This document shows positions 24,237 to 35,748 of a stretch of DNA of 64,000 nucleotides, piece by piece; position 1 is the first letter of the stretch; the number at the start of each line of letters is the position of its first letter. The translations under genes and the position numbers were made by a program. Under the pieces are notes generated by a model, which saw only the letters and a program-made list of their open reading frames with translations, did no database searches and was not told the DNA's origin. The DNA is taken from NCBI GenBank assembly GCA_026023565.1, contig JAPETS010000022.1, positions 124,001-188,000 on the forward strand. The letters run 5' to 3'. The DNA comes from Cirrosporium novae-zelandiae. Taxonomy: Eukaryota.

Positions 24237-26160
24237 CTACAACTTCATACCGAGAGCCTTGTGAACTCTCAAGCTTTGCCTGATACTCAAGTCCAACATA
24301 ATCTCCTCGCTACCTCCAGGAATAGCATAGCCACGAACATCCCTATATAGTCTCTCGACTTTCCCTCCTTGACCGCCTCGGCTATAGCTAAGACCACCAA
24401 AGATTTGACTTGCTTCCCGAGCGCAGAATTCGAATGTAGTGGTAGCTTGGGCCTTCAAGCCAGCAATTGCACCACCAAGTTTGAGCATAGCCTCGGTCTC
24501 GTTCATCTTGTTGCATTGGTAGATGATGTTTTCTAACCAATTATAAGATGCTTCAATTTGACGAGCCATATGGGCGAGCTTTAGACGGATGACAGGATGA
24601 TCCGCTAATCTCTTGCCTATATAGTTGTTAGTCGAAGATTTCACATCAGGACCTTAGAGTCACATACCGAATGTTCTTCGCTTATGGGCATACTTCATAG
24701 ACTCTTCGAAGCAGACACGGGAGAAGCGAATGCACTGAATGATGATGCCGATCCGCTCGTGGTTGAAATTGGTCATGACGACTGACTAAATGAGCAGGTA
24801 TATTCAAAATAATTAAAAGGGAAAACATACCCTTGAAGCCCTGGTTCTCCTTTCCAATGAGATTCTCCACGGGAACCTTTACATCTTCGAAAGTGATATA
24901 AGTGGTACCACTGCTCCAGACACCTTGGCAGTCCATTCTTCGTGTACTCACTCCACCAGCCTCTCGTTCAATAAGTAGGACACTAACACCGCCCATGCCA
25001 GGCTTTCCGGTGCGGACTGCAGTGGTGAAATAATCACACCAAATACCGTTTGTAATCCATTTCTTCTCACCATTGACAATGTAATGCTTGCCATCTTCCG
25101 ATAATTTTGCTTCACAAGTCAAGTTCGCAACATCGCTTCCGGCATCTGGTTCGGTGATGGCAAGACAAATTCTCTTGTCTCCGTTCAGTATGCCTGGGAG
25201 AATACGATCAACTAGTGCCTTCTTGCCGAACTTGACAATTGGTGGGCAACCAATTCCGAAACCCCCAATGAGATTCCAGACGAGACCACCACTACCAGTT
25301 CTAGACAGTTCGTCCGTCAGAAGTAGTTCATGGAAGAGGTCCCATTTTTCTGGAGGTACACTCTTAACACGATGTTCGGTGAGATGAGTTGGATAATGAA
25401 CACCCATAAGGCCTGCAAGGTATCCTCGTTCTCCCATCTGCTTATAGATTTCATCGGGTACCTTTTTCGCCTCATCCCATTCTGTCACATATGGCTCGAT
25501 TTCAGAATCTACCCACTGGCGAACTTCATCACGGAGAGCTGCATGTGTCTCATTAAAATAAGGTGAATAGTACTAGCAAGTAGTTAGAATAAGCTCTACA
25601 ATTCAAGCAATTGAAAAATCTATAATTCTTACGTTTTGATACCATGATGGGTCGGCGAATGGAATCAGGTCACCGTATGAATCAAGCGGTTCAGCCTCCT
25701 CCTGAGCATCAGCTCCCGGAGCAGGAGCAACAGTACCGGATTCGGCTTGAGGCACAACCTTTTCTTTTGTAGCGGGTGGGGTTGCTGGTGGAGTTGGAGG
25801 AGTAACTTGTTTCTTAGTATCTAGTGAACCAATCTGTAACTGGCCCTTGAATTTCTTCAAAATGGCTTCATTGTGATATTTCCAAAATTGTTTCGATGCG
25901 TCCTTTCCGGCAACCCGCTGGAGGACTAGTCATTGTTAGAAAGCTAGCCTATCAGATTTTGCTTGGGAATTAGGCTTACTCTTTTTGCCGCCTGTTGCTC
26001 GTCAGTACACCATTCACCAAGGAAATGGATTTCTTAAAAACTAACCTGGATGCTCATCTTGGAATTTCGTCAAGTCATAGATATCTTCATCAACAACAAT
26101 CCATAAATTATCAGGTTTGCTATGTGATGATACATCGGATTGTGAGAAAGTCTTGGCCAT
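24237..26160 (-). CDS. Acyl-CoA dehydrogenase with N-terminal cytochrome b5-like domain; multi-exon; C-terminal -MKL (PTS1-like)
   Basis: NLWIVVDEDIYDLTKFQDEHP-GGKK-ILQRVAGKDASKQFWKYH (b5 heme-binding HPGG); CLAITEPDAGSDV, NGEKKWITNG, QIFGG, AIPGGSEEIM. Confidence 0.95.
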
Positions 26161-26659
26161 GGTTGCAGAATAGTATAATAGTACAAAAGTAGAAAGAAAA
26201 TCTAGGGATGAATCTAGGGATGAGGAATAGGTGGAATAAATGAAAAGTTAGATGAACTCAAGAGATGATTATTTATTGCAATACTGTGTAGAAAGTCGAA
26301 AGTAAGCTGGCAGGTCATCAAGGAATTCACATGTCAGCGGTCAACCGCATTCAGTGAAAGAAAGCCAGAGAGACGAGGTTCAATGATGACTAGAGAACCA
26401 ACCATGGGTGAAGAAGACCCAGGTACATGATAAGTCAAACGATCTAGTCCACGCTGCCCCACAAATTCAAGAAGCCAAATGGTGGGGAAATGCCGAAATC
26501 TGGAGTTTGCATGAAATCCGAGTGAATTCAAATATTGATTTCTGGTATTTTTTGGGGCTGGAGTTACTCACGAGGTCCATTTACCTGAACAGACAGCTGT
26601 AGCTTTTCAATGGACATCCAATAATCATCTCTAGAAATCAGATTTGACATTTGAAATTC

Positions 26660-26698
26660 CCGAGGTTCGTATGCTATCTTGAGTCTGGGGCCGAGGTT
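26660..26698. promoter_or_regulatory. Two CCGAGG (CCTCGG) FarA/Ctf1-type fatty-acid response elements
   Basis: CCGAGGTT at 26660 and 26691, about 500 bp upstream of the acyl-CoA dehydrogenase ATG. Confidence 0.5.
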
Positions 26699-27978
26699 GG
26701 CTGCATTTGGAAAAACTCAAAAATCCTTCAGCTATAGGTCACGTGGATCCACATGACCTTGGAAGGACCCGAAGATCCCATCTTCAATATCTTTTCTCAT
26801 TAAGACATCCCAAATCATCTTGTCTTTGAATGTTTGTCAATAGTTGGTGTTGTTGACACTGTTGATATTACTTACGCTTCCTATGTTGGCGTCGCGTTCC
26901 CCAACATATATGTGTATTATACCTTGATTTTGCTTGAACTTAATGGGACCTAATAAGTTAATGAAAGATGCTTGGAAACAGGATTCTACGGTTGTCTTTA
27001 ACCATTACTGCCAGCCGGTGTTGATATCAGACTCTCCTCAATTCATAATGTTTCCTCCCATCAAAGATCGACAACCTACATGCTGACGTTTAAACCAACG
27101 AATCCCACATCGGTGCGAGAATCTACTTGTGATCCAACAAGGCTTACATTACTCGATTGGTTCAAAATTCCGTCTAACCCATGTTACATTTCTTAATTGA
27201 AACCTTTTAAGCATAGGACTACTCGAGTATTGTCGATTTGTGAGGAAACCTTGTGTGGGTAAGAAACTGAAGAATGCCACCAAAAGCCCATGTTTGATGT
27301 ATTTTTTCTGCTGAAAGTGTCTGCATTGCTAGCGTGTCTCAGAGAGGCAGTTCACGATGAACAGTGGTGGGAAGGCTATGTTACCACCTTTATATCAGAC
27401 CCCAAGGAAACCGATGCACGGGAATAAGACGCGGCATCCAATTTCCAAAACACTGGGCCATCTACGCAATCCTGAGCATCTAGCGTCCCATCTAGATTCA
27501 GATTTCCATGACAAATCACGCTGTTATCCTTCTCGAACTTCCTAGGGACTATGTATCCAAGATGCGAGGCTGAAAATGACAACCAACAAACTTGGAGAGT
27601 TTTGGCACTTCTTCGGGCCGAATGAAGACTTGCCCTAAGTTGGCCCAGTTATTCCCATCGGATCTCCATCGGGACAGGTAATAACATGGTAATAAGAAAA
27701 GTTTGTAACCGATAAGACACTATCATCTCCACTGTGGGGTCTATAACCAATGAGCGAATAATCTGCCCAAACTCCTCTTTCGGCATCTTTTATTTTCGAA
27801 TTTGGTCAATGAATCCATGATGAATCGATATAAACATTGGCGTTTCTCGTTTGGTGTCTATAGGTTTGTATGATTCTAGTAAGATTCTAATCATTTTATT
27901 TTTCTTCTTCTTTATTTTACTCTTTTTTTTCTCTATTTTTTTCTTTTTCGAAGCTACTAGTTTTCTCCTCAATTCAGA

Positions 27979-30108
27979 ATGAATCCGGAAAAAGATAAAA
28001 GCTACCATACCGCCTCCTCACCCGGCTCCTCGACTCGGGAGTCCCTTAACGAAACGGAGTTAACGACGGAAATAAAAATCGAACCCCAGGACATCAATGA
28101 CCTACCAGCCCTAAAATCTGAAATCTCGAAGACTTTAGCTCGTACACAAAGTTTATCACGGCCATCTAAAACGACAGCATTAGACATCGAAGAAATCCCA
28201 ATTGACTATCACTATCTAGAACATGAGACCGAATTACCTATACCTATCATCCAGAGTCGAGATGGAAGTGAAATCCTCGCTGAAGAGCCCGACCTCCGTC
28301 CCTATACCTCCCCTTTCATCTGGCCCAAAACTCGCAAAAACGTAATTCTTGCCCTTTCCTGCATTGCTACTGGTATGGTCGCCTATGCGGCTGGTGCATA
28401 CTCCACGGGGGAACCATTCATGTCAGAGGAATGGGGCCTGGAGCAGGTGGCTGTCTCTGTAGGAATTACCACGTTCACAACGGGGTTTGCAGTGATGCCG
28501 ATGGTCTTGGCACCATTTTCAGAGCTCAATGGTCGAAAACCCGTCTTCTTATCAACAGGATTGCTATTTCTAGTCTGCCAAATCGCTTGTGCCTTTACGC
28601 ACAGCTACGCGGGTATGATTGTGGCACGCTTCTTTGTGGGGGCTGGTGCTTCCACTTTTAGTACTATGGTGGGCGGCATCATCTCTGATATGTATCACGC
28701 ATCGGAACGCAATACGCCAATGGTGCTGTTCAGCACGGGTACACTTTTTGGTACGGGACTTGGCCCAGTGATATCTGGCGTCATCGTTCAACATACATAT
28801 TGGCGCTGGCTCTTCTATGTTCAAATAATCATGGATGGGGTGGTCATACTTTTGATCTCCCTCCTTTTCAAAGAAACGCGTGGTAGTGTTCTTTTGAGCC
28901 GGAAAGCCAAGGCCCTGAACGGTTGGTACGAAGCCATCGAAAAGGAGGGTTATGTAGGATTCGAATGGCCATCCTCCTCTTACAACCCAGAACAAACTCC
29001 ATCCATGCGCATCCGGTGGAAAGTGAAAGCCGACGAGGAGCGCGAATCTCTCAGCAAGATGATAGCGGTATCTCTTTTCCGACCGTTCCACCTGCTATTC
29101 ACAGAACCCGTTGTGTTTTTCTTTTCTCTCTGGGCCGCCTTTAGCTGGGCGGTGCTATACATGCAATTCACAGCTTTGCCCCTAGTTTTCGGAGTCAGAT
29201 ACGGCTTTAACAACGAGCAATGCGGAGCCGTCTTCACGGCCACCTGTATCGGCGCCTTGGTCGCAACAACGGTTTCTATATACCAGGAGAGACTGGCACA
29301 AAAATATGGATTCCTCCGCGGCGAAAGCCCTGAGGAACGTTTATATTTCAGCTGCATTGAAAGTGCACTCCTTCCCATAGGTCTCTTCTGGTTCGGATGG
29401 ACCTGTTTCTCCGACATCCCATGGATAGTCCCAGCGCTGGCCATCGGGTGCGCAACCATGGGCATCTTCAGCATCTATTTGGCCGTGTTTAATTTCTTAG
29501 CGGACACATATCATAGATACGCTAGTTCAGCCCTAGCAGCCCAAAGCTTCTGTACGTTTCCCCAAACAACCCCCCCCCCCCTCCATCCATCCAACTAAAT
29601 AAAATCCTATCCTATCCATTACATTCTAACAACCCTCCACCCAAAAACAGGCCGAAACATGCTCGGCGGAGTCTTCCCCCTAATAACCCGCCGAATGTTT
29701 ATGAAAATGACTTTCGCTGGCGCTTCGAGTCTTCTGGGCGGGATAGGCGTGCTGCTGACGCTTGTGCCTTGGATATTGGTTTTTTATGGGCCGGCTATAC
29801 GGGCTAGGAGTAAATTTGCTTCTGTAAGTTGAATTTGTTGTTTTACATGTTTTTTGGGGGGGGGGGGTTGATGTCTGGGGTCTATGATTATGAGGGGGGA
29901 GGGGTGGGAGTGAGAGCTAGAGCACTCGGGCCTTGTGGGACAGACAGGCAGACAGGCAGGCTTCAGAGCTGGAACCTTCCCCCTCCCCTTCCCATCTATG
30001 TACGAACACTCAAGCCCCAAGCCCCAACCCTCACCCACCCATCAATCCCACAAACACAAACACAAGCCCTCAAATAGCTAACATGCGTTACAGGAAATAA
30101 TTCACTAG
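27979..30108 (+). CDS. MFS drug:H+ antiporter (DHA1 family); introns 29552-29650 and 29824-30093
   Basis: SPFIWPKTRK, APFSELNGRKPV, ARFFVGAG, GGIISDMY, WRWLFY, KETRG, RPFHLLFTEP, PEERL, YASSALAAQSF-CRNMLGG...IRARSKFAS-EIIH*. Confidence 0.95.
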
Positions 30109-30910
30109 ATAAGATACATACATTGGATACATTGAAATAGATGGATAAATGGATATAATATAAATAGAGAAGGGTAGGATAGGATAGGACGGGATGGGAC
30201 GAGGAGGGGAACAGGAAAGAGAATTATTTATAACGTATACTGTACGTGTATATAGAGATGACTATAATCCAAACTAAAAAATAAAATAAAAGAGTTGGAT
30301 ATTTATAGACAAAGAGAGAGAAAAAAAGAAAAAATAATTGTGTGAAGTCAAACTAACTGTTACGGTGCAAGCTAGGTTATAGATCTATATCTATATCCTA
30401 ACACTGGGTATCCCGCGTCCTTTTGGCTTAGTTAGGTACTGTAAGAGTGTTTTGCTGGCCTGCCTCTCTAGTTAACACTTAACCGAGTGGGGGGGTTTTT
30501 TTGCTGTCAAGTTTGATTATTTTGCATGTTTGTATGGTTCTATTCTGTTTATTCTGCTTGTTCCCTCCTCCCCCCCCGCTTTCCTTCTCTCATCCATCCA
30601 TCAATCAATCAATCAATCCATATATATATATACATCTCCTCTACTTTTCCCCTTTCCCCTTTCAAAATATCATCCTGCCTCTTCCCCCCTCTACCCCACA
30701 TATGTATTATATTGTGTATATATATAACATCCCTATCCCCTAGCAAATGCTCCCCCAAACCTTGCACACTCTCTCCTTCAGCAAAGCTCGATCCCACCCC
30801 ACTCTTCTAAAACATCGAAACATCGAAACATCGAAAAATACCGAAAAACGCTGAAAAACGCTGAAAGATATTTAAATGTTCCTTTCTCCTTCTTCCTCTC
30901 CACCTAGTAA

Positions 30911-30939
30911 GAGGAGGAGGAGGAGGAGGAGGAGGAGGA
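30911..30939. repeat. (GAG)9 microsatellite within an SSR-rich island
   Basis: Direct reading; neighbours include (CCCAG)n near 31573 and poly-C at 31727-31741. Confidence 0.9.
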
Positions 30940-32348
30940 AGAGTAATAGTAGTAATAGGGATAGATATTACCCACTTACCTACCCACCATCTACCTTCCA
31001 CTTTCCACTCTCCACTCCCCAAACGCAAATACCCACCACCACCACCACCAACCCTTCCCTTTCCCCTTTCCCCTTTCTCCCCATTACAGCGTAGCCCAGG
31101 TTATATTTATATTTATATATATATCCTAGCACCGGATACTATCTAATCATAATACATATATATATAACCCATTCTATATCCACTTTCTAGTTTAGTCAAG
31201 TCTATGTCATAAACACCCATCCATCTATTTAAGATTTTTCTAATCTGCTAGATTATGTGTGTATGTTATATATATACACACTCGTTTGGTGGAGTCATGA
31301 AGGTGGGGAGGAGATAGACAAAGATGAAGATGAAGATGTTATGAGGATATAATGATATGGATGGATTACCTACCTACCCTACCTACCTTCCACTCCTTAT
31401 ACGCACTACTCACTACTACTGGTATCAATCTTTTCCCTTTCCTTTCTCTTCCTTTATTTTTTTATTTCTCAACTGTTCTTGTTCTATCCAATGTATCTAA
31501 TAAATCTCTATACCTAAATCTATTCCTATATTTCTAATAAATCTAAAATCTATATAATCATAATATAATATCCCCAGCCCAGCCCAGCCCAGCCCAGTCC
31601 AGTCTAGTCTAGTCTATATCATAAACACCATAAACCCCATTCATCTCATCCATCCAATTCAAGACCTTTCCAATCCACAAACCGCCATGTATGATATGCC
31701 ATTCGCATTCGTGATTTCCAACAGTGCCCCCCCCCCCCCCCAAAAAAAGAGAAGAAGAAAAATAGGAAAAAATCACCCACCCACTCATCCACCTCCGAAA
31801 ATCACATGACGCATATCTTTTTTCTCTTTTTGAATATCTTTGGCTGATCCATCATTGGTGCATAGCTAAAATGAACTAGGAAATATGGAAGGGAAAAGAA
31901 AGAAAGAGAGACAAATCAGATATAACCAACGAAATAATGTACCTTCTTTTTTTTTGCATGATGACAGACAGACAGACGGACGGACCGATCGATCGATCAA
32001 CAGGGGAGCTACAACCAAGAAAGAAAAGGGTAAGTTGATTTGCAAGAAACCTACCCCCCCACTCCTTCCCCCCCGCCCCCAGCCCAAGAAGGTGTTGGGA
32101 TGTAGGAAGGGGAGAAAAAAGGGAGGGCCCGTTTGATTGTAAATATCATATCCTATCTCAGCCTTAGCTTAGCTTTAAGTATACTTTTTTTTTCATACCA
32201 TAGCCTTCGTGTGTCAAAAACCCATAGGAAGAAAAAAAAACCAGTCGTGAAACCCCAATCATCAATCAGTATATGAAAAAAAAATCCATCAAACTAGTTA
32301 ATTAAATCAATAGAATCAGTCGAATCAATCAATCAATCGATCAATTAA

Positions 32349-34747
32349 TTAACCCAAAAATCTCTCAAACCTAACGAATCCCTTAGCTAGACTTTCCATG
32401 CTGCCCGCCCCACCATCAACAACCCCCTTCTCTACAAACCCATCCACAATCCCATTATGGCCATGCTCCTGTAGCCCTAGGCTTTTTAGGGCTTCAAGCG
32501 CGCGCTCAAAGGGGACGGATCCTCCCATCCCATCATCATAGACAGTAGTATTACTTTTCTGCGCGATGATGAATGCACCCAGCACCTTTATCATTTGCTC
32601 TAGGAGGGATTTGTTGTCGGAGCTTCGTTCGAATTCCCCGAGGAGTCCTAGGATTAGAGTTGCGGAGAGAGCGCGGTGGACGAACGACCAGCCTCTGGAT
32701 GCTTCGGGGGAGATTTTATGTAGGCCGAGGAAGGCGCGGACAGTGTCGACGAGACTTTGGATACACCGTTTGCGGAGGTAGTTGATGTCTGTGGCATTGG
32801 TGGGGCCATGATGAGAGAGGGAGGAGGGGGACGGCGCCGCGCTGCTTCGGGACGGGGGTGGGGGAGGGTGTTGGAGGGCAGGGCGGCAGAGTTCGAATAT
32901 CAGGAAGGAGGTGTGCATGCTGATAGCGTAATGTTCTAGCTGTTGTCTCTGGGTCTCGCATTTATTGATGTCACGGAGGTAGGGGGCTGCACTTGTTTCG
33001 ATCCCTTCAAGTTCATGTAGGCTATCGCTAATTTCTAGTTGAGGGCCCTGAAGTTGCATACGGCTGTATAAAACATTCATCGTTACTTTTGTTAGACGGT
33101 GCATGCAGTCAGAATAAGTGAGGGCGTTTGGGGTTTGGGTCGGTGGTAGGGAGACACCACGGCCGATAATTGCGGTGCCAGATTCACGATCAAATGAAAT
33201 GGAAAGAAGTAGGTCTTGGAATACAATGCTCCACCATAGGCGTCGACGGATAGTCAGCTCACTGGGAGTGGAAATAGGGGAGTCTTTGTGGAGACCCAGG
33301 GTCTGGGCTAGGCGAACGGTGAAGCCTATGACAAGTGTTAAAAGGGATCGACCCATCAGCAGATATAAGAGTATTATACCCAGTATTATCCAAGCAACAC
33401 CAGAGTTCATGTTATTACACAGCACATATCCTAATACCAATAATGTCTGTACCGATTCTAGGGATGGGCGAGAGAAGAAGTTGACAAGACGGAGACAATG
33501 GAAGGAACAAGATGCTATAAAAATTTTTCCAGTCAGAACTATACGTCCAAAGAAAGTACACCCAATGGAAAAGGATAAGCTCACTGTATATCTTCGAGTT
33601 GAGCTCCCGGTCTTTCCTTGTAATATCAGAGGCCTGACAACCGGCAGCCAACACCGCAAAAAGTATGCCAGTCGATGCCAAAGTCTTGCCATAAACAGTG
33701 TCATCAGTTTCCAAACTTCCACGTTCCCATTGTGATTGTCTTGTTCGTTCTGCGAGCATCTGATGAAGTCCTTCCTCAAGCTGGGAAATATCTGCAATGA
33801 TCGGATAAAATACGAACCCCACATCTTTGTAAAGGGCAAAGAGGCTTGAAATTAGATGTCAGCTTGGCATGAGAAAAATTGTGTGAGATTTGCGTACGAA
33901 AGACATTCGCTATCATTTGGTAGCATTTCTCGCATCTGTCTGGCACCCGACCGAATATCATTTATTGGGGACCATAGATTTATAAAGGGATATGTGGCAG
34001 ACGAATCCTCAAGTCCGAAAACCGGTAATATACTACTTCCCAGCAGATCTTGCGCCGACTTTCCCTGTTTATTATCCCGAAGTTGCATTGCAAAGGCTGC
34101 AACGGAACTAGAGCCAAGATGAACGTGCTGGCCGCTCATATTATTGTAAGTAAGCAGGCCATCAGCCATCGCATGAGGTGTCGTGTTCTTCTGCGAGTCT
34201 TCGGGAGAGGTTTCTTGGGATGTTGCTCCTTGGGGAGCGAGTCCCTCTTCGGCCATTTTAGACATTGCCGACTTTAATGCATTCATCGATTTCTCCAATT
34301 CTCCCAAATGATAACACATAGTATCCCATCTTGCATTCCCGCTTGAATGTTCAACATCTGACATGCCATTATCGGTCGTATAAGGATTGAAGGAAGCCTA
34401 GCTAGAACATTGCATCGATCAGTCCAATTGTCCTGTCCGAAAGTTGGAGTTGCGATCTGCAATTGTAGACTAGCCACCACCTTTGGGGAAGTATTAGAGC
34501 TATCTCCTGCTTTGGAGCCTTGTTTGGCCGTCACAGGATATAATGTGCAAAGGGCGGGATGCTGTCGTTCTCGACATGATGAGCAAGGTCGTTGGTTGTC
34601 ACAGCGGACTTTGCGGCGCCGACATGGATAGCAGGCCTTGGGTTCGCGCGCTTTTCTTTTTCGTTTAATGGAAAGGAACTCGTGGTCAGGTGAAACTTCG
34701 GTTTCGGGTGATGCGTAAGGACTGTGATGCTGGTGCATTGGCTCCAT
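32349..34747 (-). CDS. Zn(II)2Cys6 fungal transcription factor with fungal-specific middle homology region; multi-exon
   Basis: KRKRKAREPKACYPCRRRKVRCDNQRPCSSCRERQHPALC; VHLGSSS; ATYPFINLW; TVRLAQTLGLH, RRRLWWSIVFQDLLLSISFDR. Confidence 0.92.
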
Positions 34748-35748
34748 GATGACGCCTGCGTCGAATAAGGATGAAAAAGTCGTCAAGAATTTAGATCTTT
34801 GGTATAGATGGATAAATAATCAGAACATCAGAATCATCTTAAATAAGCCAAAAGATCTTTGCTTTAACATTACTGCGGGATTTCGACTTGGGTGTTATGC
34901 GGCTGGCTGGCCCGAGGTAGCCGCGGTTGAGCCCTTTGACTGGCGCTCTGGATCCTTTTTAGCAGTCAAGGGAGTCAAGGTAGTCAAAGTAGCCAAATTT
35001 TGATGCAGGGAGTTGTTGAGAAACATGACTTTAGTGGAGGGACAGCTCGCAGCTTCCAAAAGCCAAAAACCCTTCCCGCACACTAAGTCGCTTTATATGC
35101 GTCTTTTCATCACTGTGTGCATCATATTTGATACAAAACCTGGGGCTGCAGAATACTCTTGTACTAAATAGTCCCATTTTTGTGGATCGCCCAACTTTCT
35201 ATTCCATCTACCAAGTACTCTATATTTCAATATTCGCTGCAGTCTCTAAGCTAACCCGAACTGCCATCCATCGCCACCTCACCCACTACTACAACTTATT
35301 TATTACCTTCTACAATCTCTTCTCTTTTCATCAACTAACTTAGTACTTCCCACAACAACAACCTGTCAACTCCTTGCCCTGAGCCCTATCCTGTAAATAA
35401 TACCCATGTTCCCGCACAATCTCTGACTCACCAACTCCCCCCTGTAACTGTCCCATGTCTATTCTGAAAATCCCGCAATTCGCAAAATCCTCAAACCTCT
35501 CCAGAAAAGACACTGTTCTCAATTCCATCCAAACTCCCTCTTGCTATCGCAGCTATCTTCGTCGTGTATTTTGTTTTGGTTGCATCAAAGTTGATGGAAG
35601 CACCCACCACATGTTCCCATGTCCCACGCGATCTCATCCCGCACAAGCGTCTCGGGTAGTACACGGCCGAATGGCTGCAAATAGCATATGGTCTATTGAG
35701 AATGACATATGAGCTTTCATGCTCACCAACAGCCACTCCCTCTCACCT

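Noticed and set aside
33118..33735. 205-aa + strand ORF opposite the Zn2Cys6 gene
   Set aside because: Antisense shadow spanning exons and introns, without domain features
35340..35736. Two overlapping minus-strand ORFs that could be one frameshifted gene between the TF and MFS2
   Set aside because: No recognisable family motif, and it lies in the expected 3' UTR of MFS2; needs a homology search
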